DNA from: an uncultured Erysipelotrichales bacterium
Lineage (GTDB): Bacteria > Bacillota_I > Bacilli_A > Erysipelotrichales > Coprobacillaceae
DNA: 28,225 nt
NCBI GenBank assembly: GCA_964638235.1
Contig: CAZWZD010000001.1
Coordinates: 1-28,225 of the forward strand
Direction: 5' to 3'
The notes beneath the pieces were generated by a model. That model worked only from the letters and a program-made list of their open reading frames with translations. It did not search any database and was not told where the DNA came from. The position numbers and the translations under genes were made by a program. Below are positions 1-9,844 of this stretch, in pieces (positions within the stretch are counted from its first letter, which is position 1; every line of letters starts with the position of its first letter).

Positions 1-68
1 TTAATAATTCTCCTTTTCCTTGATAAACTCATTATAGAGTTTCTTCTTAAATAAAAATAAGGTACAAA

Positions 69-356
69 TCAATGAATGAACTTGTACATCTTTCTCCTTA
101 TATATCTGATACTTTGATCAATTGATTTACGAATAGCGCTATATGAAACTTGTTCAACTTCAGCAATTTCCACATTTGACATTTCTAAATAATATTTCAT
201 ATATAATCGTCTTTGTTGAATTACTGTTAGGTCTTTTATTAATTGTTCTAGTTCGTAATATAAATGATCATTTTGATTAGCCATTAGTGTTGATGATGGA
301 TCAGGTAATGATTCAACATCAACATCTACTATTGGCCAATATAATAATGTAGCCAT
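69..356 (-). CDS. Sigma-70 region 4-like HTH protein (95 aa)
   Basis: C-terminal LTVIQQRRLYMKYYLEMSNVEIAEVEQVSYSAIRKSI fits a sigma region 4 HTH; AGAGGG SD-like sequence upstream. Confidence 0.7.
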   Translation of the reverse strand: MATLLYWPIVDVDVESLPDPSSTLMANQNDHLYYELEQLIKDLTVIQQRRLYMKYYLEMSNVEIAEVEQVSYSAIRKSIDQSIRYIRRKMYKFIH

Positions 357-651
357 TGGAATTACTTCCCTCTTATATAGTTCATGTTATGTTTCAATAT
401 CAGCAACGACATATCCCATTATTAGTCGTTCATTTGATGTATATCAAGCAGGTGTCCACTTATTTTATCCTACACAATATCTCTGCCTGCGACGGTTGTT
501 ATCACGCTCGGACTAAGACCTATTGCAAGTATCATTGTATTTGATTTGCATGATGCAAAACTATGGTGTGGACTGATATCGCCTTTATTTTGTTTTCAAA
601 GATCTCTTTAGGATTAAACTATTTTCCCCTTACATATAATAGGCAATGAAA

Positions 652-1107
652 TCACTTATCATGGCCAAACTTTTTTAAATATTCTCTTAATTTTTCAAAT
701 ATGTATTTTACTTGTCTTCTATCTAGATTCATTTCTTTACCAATTTCTTCTAAGGTATACCCATTAATTCTTAAAAGTAATGCCTGTAATGTTAATTGAT
801 CAATCTTAGCGACAACACTATTGGGATATAATTTATGAAGACCATATGCAATATCATCTGGAGTTTCAAAAGGATGAATGTTATAAACCACTAATGAAAT
901 ATTAGGGTTTTGAATTAATTTAAAGTAAATATCATCAAGATGTACTTCATGATTGCAATAAGATCTATTCTTATTAAACATCTCTTTGTCGTATTCATAA
1001 ATACTTTGTATCGTTTTTTCATCAACACCAAAGGATCTTAACAATTCATTTTCCTTTTCTTTCTCTTCTTTAAACTTCTTTTCTTCTAATGTATAAATAA
1101 ACCTCAT
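652..1107 (-). CDS. Sigma-factor-like HTH protein of Firmicute ICEs (151 aa)
   Basis: C-terminal HTH GYTLEEIGKEMNLDRRQVKYIFEKLR. The N-terminus resembles, from memory, ICE-borne sigma-70-like proteins. AGGAGG SD upstream. Confidence 0.65.
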   Translation of the reverse strand: MRFIYTLEEKKFKEEKEKENELLRSFGVDEKTIQSIYEYDKEMFNKNRSYCNHEVHLDDIYFKLIQNPNISLVVYNIHPFETPDDIAYGLHKLYPNSVVAKIDQLTLQALLLRINGYTLEEIGKEMNLDRRQVKYIFEKLREYLKKFGHDK

Positions 1108-1111
1108 ACTT

Positions 1112-1139
1112 ACCTCCTGAATTATGAAATTCAGAAGGT
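1112..1139 (-). promoter_or_regulatory. Hairpin sequestering the SD of the 151-aa sigma-like gene
   Basis: Minus strand ACCTTCTGAATT-TCAT-AATTCAGGAGGT: a 12-bp stem with one G-U pair, whose 3' arm contains AGGAGG. Confidence 0.6.
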
Positions 1140-1216
1140 GATGGTGGTGCTCTTATCAATGTAACCATCCCCTTTATAACTAGGCGACGAAATACACCTG
1201 AGTGGCCAAACAAAAT

Positions 1217-1261
1217 AAAAAAAAGTGACAAAATCGTGAAAACATCTCACGATCAGTCACT
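1217..1261 (-). terminator. Intrinsic terminator downstream of the defence cluster
   Basis: Inverted repeat AGTGAC..ATCGTGA / TCACGAT..GTCACT at 1224-1261, followed on the minus strand by TTTTTTTATTTT. Confidence 0.7.
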
Positions 1262-1433
1262 CTTGTTTCAATATTCAGTTGTAAATATACATTAAAAGAA
1301 AACGTCACTACCACTCACACCTTGTCATCATGATAATTAAAGTATTATTATATAATACCTAAATCATATATGACAGCTGGTAAGCCTAAAGCATACTTTT
1401 ATGACTTAAAATGCAGTTTTTCTCCAAAAAACT

Positions 1434-2360
1434 CTAGATGTATTTTTTAAATGTATCCCTTAATAGCACTGCTCTATCAATTATTTGGTTCATTAATGTA
1501 GAATAGTTAGAATGATCGTCAAAATTCAATCCAGCTATATATGATTTAATTCGGGACGCTTTCTTTCCATCTAGTCTATCCCAAGTTAATTCAATATTTA
1601 GCAACGCTTCAATCTCATCTTTGCAATCATGTAGCTGATCAAATAGTTCTTTGCTGTCATTAATATAAATTTCAACACAAACATTGCTATTCTTATTAAC
1701 TAAATTTATTCCAACATGAGCTAAACTTGTTCCTAAAGATACATCATACCAGTGATCAGTAGTTGCCTTTCGTACATTGAATGGTTTTCCTCTTTCAACT
1801 ACAACTTCATTGAACATACTCCAAAATTCTAATCTTTCTGCTTGTGATTTATTTAGTTCTCCATCTTTGGATGAGATTCCTTTAGTATTTTTTACAAAAT
1901 CATTAGGCTGCTCAATCACTTTGAAATATGGTGCTGGTAGTGAATCACCGATTGTATAAGCATGTATTTCAATCAAGAAAAAGCTTATATGTTTATTGGT
2001 ATTATTGTTTAACCATTCTATCGCCGCTTTATGTTCTGATCTGGCTTCTTTTACAATCCAAACTACCACCTGAGCATCTAGTCCTGAAGCATATACAATA
2101 GTTTTGCCTAAATGATCATGATTTGTAGCTTCTAATTGGTTTTCAATAATAATCTTTGTATCTGTAGTTTCATCTTTAGCTACAATGTCACAACGATATG
2201 AACCAACATATACTTCAGTATCAATATCAACTAAAGTTAATCCTAATACTTCATTAAGATATTCAATATTTGTATCACTAGAAAGCCATTTAGAGAAATC
2301 ATATTGTTCGTGTTTCCATAATTCTCTTATGTCGACTTCTTTTAATTGTCCTAGTTTCAC
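1434..2360 (-). CDS. DUF4268-like protein with an N-terminal PD-(D/E)xK nuclease-like domain (308 aa)
   Basis: LRELWKHE-type start, CDIVAKD...IIIENQL...HDHLGK and EHKAAIEWLN motifs; GTG start with GAAAGGAG SD. Confidence 0.75.
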   Translation of the reverse strand: MKLGQLKEVDIRELWKHEQYDFSKWLSSDTNIEYLNEVLGLTLVDIDTEVYVGSYRCDIVAKDETTDTKIIIENQLEATNHDHLGKTIVYASGLDAQVVVWIVKEARSEHKAAIEWLNNNTNKHISFFLIEIHAYTIGDSLPAPYFKVIEQPNDFVKNTKGISSKDGELNKSQAERLEFWSMFNEVVVERGKPFNVRKATTDHWYDVSLGTSLAHVGINLVNKNSNVCVEIYINDSKELFDQLHDCKDEIEALLNIELTWDRLDGKKASRIKSYIAGLNFDDHSNYSTLMNQIIDRAVLLRDTFKKYI

Positions 2361-2406
2361 AAAAAAACTCCTTTCTGTTTAGTTTAATCCACACAATATT
2401 GTATTA

Positions 2407-5396
2407 TTACTGATAAGTTTTTAATGATTTGAGTTCTTTTACCAATTCATACTTTATTCCTGTATCTATCACTTCAAAATGCTTTCTACCACAAGTAATC
2501 TTTTTCTTTTCTGCACCCTTAAGATCATTAATATTTTCCGTTCCCTTAGTTTCAGCAACAAAATACAATTTTTCTCCCTCATCAGTATTTAATACAACAG
2601 CCCAGTCTGGATTATATGTTCCTATAGGGGTATCTATCTTAAATAAAGAAGGTAATTTTGCATATAGTACAACATCATCATCATTTTCGGCATCAATTGC
2701 AAATGTACGTTCCACTTCCGAATCGTATATTACATGATCATATATATTTTTATCAGAGTATACTTCTAATAAGTTTTTATCTTTATATCCAAAAAGTTGA
2801 TCATCATTAAATATTAAATCTTGCTCATAATATTCATCAATCTTTTCGTATCTAATACCTTCTGTTAAGTTTTCTTTTTTTACACTTAATAATATTTTTG
2901 ATACCTGCTTAATAAATTCTTCAGGATTTACATAAAAATCAGATAATCTACCTGATTTAGCAATCACTTCAATTATTGTTTTTCTCAATAAATCTGTTGA
3001 ATCTTGCAATCGTCTAATAAAATCAGGATATACTGGTTTTTCAAATTCATAAACATCACCCAATTGTCTTTCTTGATGCCCAACATCTACAACACCAGAC
3101 TTATTAATATCGATTTTTGTAATCTGACCATCTACTTTATCAGCTTTAATTCTAGGCATATTATGAATTTCATTAATTGCTTGTCTCTTAAATAAGTCCA
3201 TATCCATATTAATTGTATATTTAGTTTTTTGCTTAACCTTGTTCCATAAGGCTTCAAACTCTGGGATAATTGAACTTTTTTATTTAACTTGACTTCAATC
3301 TTCTTTGAGACATCTTTAATTTCTATTTCTCTAGATAGATTTTCGATTCGCTTACAAACTTTATCAGTGAATGATTCCATTTCATCTGGTAATACAAATG
3401 TATCATCATGTTTATCTTGATAATATTTAGGTGTTACTTTTCCAGCTTTGGTCATGTAATCATTTTTAACAAGATAATTGAAAATCTTTTGTGAATCCTC
3501 TTGTGACAATTCAACAACCGAACCATCAAATTGTGTTACAGCAATTCCTGTAAATGAAATTGGTTCGATGACACCGAATTTAAAATTATCAGTTTCTAAT
3601 TCTTTCTGTAATGTAGTAGCAAATTCTTTATATGATTCATTTGCTATCACACTTAAAGTATTGTATTTGCCTTCAAGAACTCTATTACCTGTTTGATCTA
3701 CACAAATACGCAAACCACGTCCAACTTTTTGACGTTTTGTCATAGTATCTTTTGTTTCTACTAAAGTACAAACTTGGAATACATTTGGATTATCCCAACC
3801 TTCTTTTAAAGCAGAATGTGAGAAAATGAATCTAATTGGTTCATCAAAGCTCAATAAACCTTCCTTATTTTTCATGATTAATTCATAAGTGGATTCATCA
3901 TCTTTACTAGCACCATTTGTAGAGTTTTTCATTCTACCCTTACCATCTGTCGCAAAATAACCATCATGTACTTCTTTTGCATCAGTACAAATATAATTCC
4001 CGAACTTTTCTCTTAACAATTTATATTTTGGTAGCTGAATCATACGATTGTATTCTTCTTCAAACCATATTGCATAATCTCCACGTTCATCTTCACGCTC
4101 ATAATTTCTATATTTCTCAACTTTATCAATAAAGAATAAACTTAAAACTTTAATACCTTTTTTTATGTAATGAAGTTCTTTATTTAAATGTAATTCTATA
4201 GTTTGTCGAATTTGTGCTTTTTTGATTACAGTATCATCAACTTCACCTATAGCTTCACCTTTTTCTAGTGTATCACCATTAGCAAAATCTATTGTTTCAA
4301 ATTCGGCATTAATATTATCAACTATGTAACTAGATTCTTTATAACTATCAAATCCTTTAGATAATTCCCATAAATCATCATAATTTTTAACAGTTACTTT
4401 CTTTTTACTTGGTACTCCATCCTTACCAACCACATAAATTTCTAGATTTGCTCTTATAGCATTATTTTTAATTGTTGTCCCTAATAATTTAACATAAGGT
4501 TTATTGCTTGCTTCGTTGCTAGTAATAGATGCAACTTCAATATGTTTAACTAAGTTTTCTTGATATGCATCCACCGGTGTTAATCGGTACATTAAATTAT
4601 ATAACTCTTTATGTGTCGCAGAATAGCGTAATGTACACATTGGATTTAATGATGCAATCGCCTTTTGTGAAGCAGACAACTCACCTTTTTTGCTTTTCTT
4701 CTGAGAATCAACTGATTGTGGCTCATCAATAATCAATATTGGATTTGTCCCCGTAATTAAGTCAATTGGTCTATTACCACTTAATTTTGAATCTGAAACA
4801 TTGTTAAAGATGTTTGTTGATTTATTAAATGCAGCAATCGTCATAATCATGATTTCGATATTTGTACTGGTAGCAAAGTCTTGTACCAATTCAAGATGAT
4901 CAGAATCGTAATTGAAATAATGATAAATAACATTATCATATCTTTCCTTAAAATGTTCTTCTGTCGCTTTTAATGAACTGAAAACACCTTCTTTAATAGC
5001 AACACTAGGAACAACAATAATAAATTTGGTAAATCCATACCTCTTATTTAATTCTAATATAGTTTTAGTATAGACATATGTTTTACCAGTACCGGTTTCC
5101 ATCTCTATAGTAAAGTTTTTATTTTCTAAAGATTTAGTTCTTTGAATATCGTTGTTTTCTTGTATCTTTTGAACGTTTTGTAACATTGTGAAGTCATCAA
5201 TAGAAACTCTATTTGAGTGTCCTATAAAATAGTTAACACCTTCAGAATCAACAACATTAAACCATTGGTTGTAGTTTTTATCTTTTGATATATCAATTGT
5301 AAATATTGAATCCTTAATTTGACAACCATCAAAGATATCACAAATAGCATTTACAGCTTCGGTTTGATATGGTTGATCTATAAATTTTAATTTCAT
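2407..5396 (-). pseudogene. res: Type III restriction endonuclease Res, split by a 1-bp frameshift at 3263-3265 (fragments 3132..5396 and 2407..3207)
   Basis: Fragment 1 has METGTGKT, DEPQ, SALKEGWDNPNVFQVC and QKVGRGLR. Fragment 2 has YNPDW...AETKG. Adding one C to the C3 run restores LSPEFEALWNKVKQKTKY and a 996-aa ORF. Confidence 0.88.
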
Positions 5397-5408
5397 TCTA
5401 AAGCCCTC

Positions 5409-7253
5409 CTAAATGCATTTAATATCTTCAATGCCAGCTTTTTCTAAATTGTAAACTGCATTGATCTTATCGTTATCGTTATTAAATCCAGATTCTTTGA
5501 ACACCACTGTTCTAGGTGCTAATTCACAGATTTCCTGGATATCTTCTTTTGTTATATTGTCTTCTAAACACACTATCATATAACGTTTTCCAACTCTGAA
5601 CATTGTTTTACCATTGACTTCTATTTCAATAGCAGGCATATCAAAAATCCCATACTTCAACATGATCTCATATAAAATATCTTCTTTTGTTCTATCTTCT
5701 TTAAATACATCTGCAAGATCAAAGATATTATTTTCATCATACTGATATTCACTATCCCATGGCTTGATATTGCTTGAATCAAGTTTGAATACTTTAAATC
5801 CTATATCAAAAGGAAATTCTTTATTTTCTTCATGGAATAGTCCTTCAGGATTGTTCTTTTCCATCCATTCTTTTTTGATTTGTTCTCCAGCTCTTCGTAT
5901 ACGTTCTTTTCCAATCTCACAAATATTCAAATACCCCTCTTTATATGCTTCAGAATCTTCATTACACTTTTCAGCTAATTGAACCATAATGTATTTTCTA
6001 TTTCCATTATCTTCACTATTTAATTTCATTATTGCAGATGCAGTAGTCCCTGAACCCGAGAAAAAATCCAAAATAATATCATTTTTTTCAGTCGATATTT
6101 TTAATAAGTTATAGATTAACTTTGTTGGTTTCGGATGTGTGAATATTTTTGCTTTCCCAAACAGCTTTGATAATTCTGAAGTAGCATCTGCATTCATGCC
6201 TTTATCATCCCACCAAGATTCTGCACGAAATTTACTGAATTTCCTATTTGCAGCAAAAACCTTTTGAACTGGTTTTCCTTTTCCAGTTTTTCCGAATATT
6301 ATTCTTCCATCTGCAATTCTTTTTTTTGTTTCTACTTCATTGAAAACCCAATATCTACCTGCAGGAGGATAATGAATTTCTCCAGTATTTGGATTCATAA
6401 TTGAATAATATGGACCTTTATGATTTGCAGATAAATCTGTTGTAGTCCATGGTCCTCTAGGGTCATTATCTGGATTCGAGAAAGTTTTCATTATGAATTC
6501 TTCAGTTACTGGATAACCTAAATCATATACTTGGTTTATGTTCTTCGAATAACAAAGAATATAATCATGTACCGGTGGTAAATAACCCATATTATTTCCA
6601 TTAGTTTTCTTTTTCCATAGAATATTCCCAACGAAATTTATTTCTCCAAAAATTTCATCACATATTTTTTTTAGGTTAAATACTTCATTATCATCTATAC
6701 TAATGAAGATTACTCCATCATCTCTTAAAAGATTTTTTGCAACTATTAATCTTGGATATATCATGTTTAACCAATCTGTATGAAATCTACCATTGGTCTT
6801 TGGATTAGACGCAAATTCTTGATTAGTCATTTTTTTAAATTCATCCATTGAACTTCCGTACGAATCGTTATAGACGAAATCTCCTCCTGTATTATAAGGT
6901 GGATCGATATATATGCATTTTATTTTGCCATAATAAGTTTTTTGAAGTTGCTTTAAGACTTCTAAATTGTCTCCTTCAATATACAAATTTTCTGTTTTTT
7001 TCCAACTTTTGCTATCTTCTTTAGATGGTCTTAAAGTCGCTCTAGAAGGGGTTTGAGCAATCTTAATTGATTCATTTTTTCCATTCCATGTAAATTGATA
7101 TTTCTCTTTAGCATCATCAATTCCATCTCCTAAAATAACTCTTAATGCGCCAAAATTCACCTTCCCCTCTGTTACAACATTTGGAAATAATTCTTTTATC
7201 TTTTCAATATTACTTTTTGTAATATCTAAACTTCTATCACTTATTTTTTCCAT
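5409..7253 (-). CDS. mod: Type III modification methyltransferase, copy 2 (614 aa, beta-class N6-adenine MTase)
   Basis: IYIDPPYNTG (motif IV) precedes DFFSGSGTTA (motif I), with a TRD in between; lies directly upstream of res. Confidence 0.93.
   Translation of the reverse strand: MEKISDRSLDITKSNIEKIKELFPNVVTEGKVNFGALRVILGDGIDDAKEKYQFTWNGKNESIKIAQTPSRATLRPSKEDSKSWKKTENLYIEGDNLEVLKQLQKTYYGKIKCIYIDPPYNTGGDFVYNDSYGSSMDEFKKMTNQEFASNPKTNGRFHTDWLNMIYPRLIVAKNLLRDDGVIFISIDDNEVFNLKKICDEIFGEINFVGNILWKKKTNGNNMGYLPPVHDYILCYSKNINQVYDLGYPVTEEFIMKTFSNPDNDPRGPWTTTDLSANHKGPYYSIMNPNTGEIHYPPAGRYWVFNEVETKKRIADGRIIFGKTGKGKPVQKVFAANRKFSKFRAESWWDDKGMNADATSELSKLFGKAKIFTHPKPTKLIYNLLKISTEKNDIILDFFSGSGTTASAIMKLNSEDNGNRKYIMVQLAEKCNEDSEAYKEGYLNICEIGKERIRRAGEQIKKEWMEKNNPEGLFHEENKEFPFDIGFKVFKLDSSNIKPWDSEYQYDENNIFDLADVFKEDRTKEDILYEIMLKYGIFDMPAIEIEVNGKTMFRVGKRYMIVCLEDNITKEDIQEICELAPRTVVFKESGFNNDNDKINAVYNLEKAGIEDIKCI
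5488..5924. repeat. 437-bp direct repeat, copy A (3' part of mod copy 2)
   Basis: Line-by-line comparison with 7348..7784 shows identity except one base (5505 C versus 7365 T); offset 1860 bp. Confidence 0.95.
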
Positions 7254-7268
7254 TTGTTATACATCTCC

Positions 7269-9134
7269 TTATATGCATTTGATATCTTCAACGCCTGCTT
7301 TTTCTAAATTATACACAGCATTGATTTTGTCATTATCATCTGCAAAACCAGATTCTTTGAACACTACTGTTCTAGGTGCTAATTCACAGATTTCCTGGAT
7401 ATCTTCTTTTGTTATATTGTCTTCTAAACACACTATCATATAACGTTTTCCAACTCTGAACATTGTTTTACCATTGACTTCTATTTCAATAGCAGGCATA
7501 TCAAAAATCCCATACTTCAACATGATCTCATATAAAATATCTTCTTTTGTTCTATCTTCTTTAAATACATCTGCAAGATCAAAGATATTATTTTCATCAT
7601 ACTGATATTCACTATCCCATGGCTTGATATTGCTTGAATCAAGTTTGAATACTTTAAATCCTATATCAAAAGGAAATTCTTTATTTTCTTCATGGAATAG
7701 TCCTTCAGGATTGTTCTTTTCCATCCATTCTTTTTTGATTTGTTCTCCAGCTCTTCGTATACGTTCTTTTCCAATCTCACAAATGTTTGCGTATCCTTCT
7801 TTGTAAGCCATAGTATTTTTATCACACGATTCAGGTAATTGTACTAATATAAATTTTCTATTTCCATTTGTTCTATAGTTTAAATTAAACAATGCTTGAG
7901 CAGTTGTCCCAGAGCCAGAGAAAAAGTCTAAAACAATATAATCTTTTGATTCATCATTGTTGATTTGCAAACTTAATAAATATTCTATTAGTTTTGAAGG
8001 TTTTGCAAAATCGAAAATTGATTTCCCATCGAAGAGTTCACGTATTTCTTTTGTTCCTTCCTGAGTAAATGGACCATTTTGAATTGACAAAGGTTTTCCT
8101 CGTCTGATATTGCCATCTTCATCATAAAGATATTTTTTAACTCTTACAGAGTAATTACCATCTGATTGTTTATTAAATACTACTTCATTATTTTCAATAG
8201 CTTGTAATAATCGATCTTTACTCCATACCCATTGTTTTCTAGGGTGAATAACATCACCATTATATTCGATACTATACATTAAATTTGGTCTATCACCTAA
8301 ACTAGTTGTCATTAATGGCTGTGTCATATAACCACCTCTTGTATTGTATTTTTCATCCATTTTGTTATATGATTTTTGACCTTCTTCATCTAATTCAGAT
8401 GTGATATTTTGAATAGGTTTCTTTGAATAACACAAAATATATTCATGTAAGCTTATAAAGCCAACGGTTTGAGCTGCAGCACCATATTTATTTTTCCAAA
8501 CTATAGTCTCAACTTTATTTTCTTCTCCAAAAATTGAATTGCACATAGCAATTAAACCAAATAATTCGTTGTCGTCTATGCTGATAAAAATTACTCCATC
8601 TTCAGCTAATAGATTTCTTGCTAAAATCAATCTAGGGTATAACATATTTAGCCAATTTGTATGGTATCGTCCATCTGTCTTTGCATTAGAAGAAACAGAT
8701 TGATTAGTCTTTTCTTTATAATTTTCAATTGACGCAGAAAACGAATCATTATACACAAAATCATTGCCAGTATTATAAGGCGGATCAATATATATCATTT
8801 TAATTTTTCCATAATATGTTTTTTGCAATTGTTTTAAAGCCTCTAAATTGTCACCTTCGATATATATGTTTTCCGTTGCTTCCCAGATTTTACTTTCATC
8901 CTTACATGGTCTTAGAGTTGAAGTAGAAGGAGACTGTGCAATTTTTATAGCATCATTTTTTCCACACCAAGTAAATTGATATTTTTCTTTTGAATTATCT
9001 ATTTCATCACCTAAAACCATTTTTAAGGCATCAAAATCTATTTTTCCTTCTGTAACAATGCTTGGAAATAGCTGTTTTAACTTTTCTATATTCATTTTTG
9101 TAATATCTAAGCTTCCACTGTCTAACTTATCCAT
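7269..9134 (-). CDS. mod: Type III modification methyltransferase, copy 1 (621 aa)
   Basis: IYIDPPYNTG and DFFSGSGTTA motifs; central TRD clearly different from that of copy 2. Confidence 0.93.
   Translation of the reverse strand: MDKLDSGSLDITKMNIEKLKQLFPSIVTEGKIDFDALKMVLGDEIDNSKEKYQFTWCGKNDAIKIAQSPSTSTLRPCKDESKIWEATENIYIEGDNLEALKQLQKTYYGKIKMIYIDPPYNTGNDFVYNDSFSASIENYKEKTNQSVSSNAKTDGRYHTNWLNMLYPRLILARNLLAEDGVIFISIDDNELFGLIAMCNSIFGEENKVETIVWKNKYGAAAQTVGFISLHEYILCYSKKPIQNITSELDEEGQKSYNKMDEKYNTRGGYMTQPLMTTSLGDRPNLMYSIEYNGDVIHPRKQWVWSKDRLLQAIENNEVVFNKQSDGNYSVRVKKYLYDEDGNIRRGKPLSIQNGPFTQEGTKEIRELFDGKSIFDFAKPSKLIEYLLSLQINNDESKDYIVLDFFSGSGTTAQALFNLNYRTNGNRKFILVQLPESCDKNTMAYKEGYANICEIGKERIRRAGEQIKKEWMEKNNPEGLFHEENKEFPFDIGFKVFKLDSSNIKPWDSEYQYDENNIFDLADVFKEDRTKEDILYEIMLKYGIFDMPAIEIEVNGKTMFRVGKRYMIVCLEDNITKEDIQEICELAPRTVVFKESGFADDNDKINAVYNLEKAGVEDIKCI
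7348..7784. repeat. 437-bp direct repeat, copy B (3' part of mod copy 1)
   Basis: 436/437 identical to 5488..5924. Confidence 0.95.
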
Positions 9135-9135
9135 A

Positions 9136-9843
9136 TTATTTAGCTCCTTTCAATCTCTTAATAAGATTTTTAAGTTCCAATTCTTTATCGTAAAGCTCAT
9201 CATCAATGCGTAGCTTTTCAGCTTTCATTCTTGCATTTTTGTATTCTTCTTTTAAACGATTAACATCAGCGTTTAGTGAGTCATATTGCTTTATCATTTC
9301 TCTATAATCATGATTCCCCTGAGGGAAAAAATTAACTATTTTATAAATCTTTAACTTATAAATATAATTAATGATATTTGTGTAATATTCTTTTAAGTTG
9401 AATCCAGAAACATTCTTAAACTCATTGCTCAAAGAGTTTACATATTCTGCATATACTAACTCTTCAATTACAGTTTTATTTGGATCAAGCTTATTAATTC
9501 TTTTTGAGGCACCAGAAATATAATTCACATTATTATTCTTCATAAATAATAATGTAGATTCTGGAAATGCAGAATGAATTAATTGAGATAACAAGGTAAT
9601 TGAATCATTTTGCTTTAAAACTATCTCAAAGACATAGATTGCTTGAAAACTATAATTTTCATCCACATACGATCTAATCTTCGCTGTTTGCTCATTTAAT
9701 AAACTAATTAAATGGATTGACGATATATGTGTTTCTAGTAACTTCTTATCACTTCCTGATAGTTGCAACTGCTCAACGATTGCTTTTACGGGTATTCTTT
9801 GCTTTGGAATCTGTGGAAGATTCAACGTTTCAACTAATTCCAT
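9136..9843 (-). CDS. DUF4391-like protein (235 aa)
   Basis: N-terminal RIPVKAIVEQL..ISSIHL..IYVFEIVLK and a C-terminal coiled coil. Position between the SNF2 helicase and mod is typical, with 1-bp gaps to both neighbours. Confidence 0.7.
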   Translation of the reverse strand: MELVETLNLPQIPKQRIPVKAIVEQLQLSGSDKKLLETHISSIHLISLLNEQTAKIRSYVDENYSFQAIYVFEIVLKQNDSITLLSQLIHSAFPESTLLFMKNNNVNYISGASKRINKLDPNKTVIEELVYAEYVNSLSNEFKNVSGFNLKEYYTNIINYIYKLKIYKIVNFFPQGNHDYREMIKQYDSLNADVNRLKEEYKNARMKAEKLRIDDELYDKELELKNLIKRLKGAK

Positions 9844-9844
9844 T

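Noticed and set aside
356-544. 62-aa plus-strand ORF
   Set aside because: No SD and no recognisable features; the region is better explained as structured non-coding DNA.
1342-1358. 17-bp AT-rich palindrome GTATTAT-TAT-ATAATAC with TATAAT-like boxes on both strands
   Set aside because: It is almost entirely A/T and has non-ideal -35 spacing, so it cannot be distinguished from chance.
6320-6327. T8 tract in mod copy 2 as a phase-variation switch
   Set aside because: A/T runs of this length are common in such AT-rich DNA and the frame is intact. I saw no simple-sequence-repeat tract typical of phase-variable mod genes.
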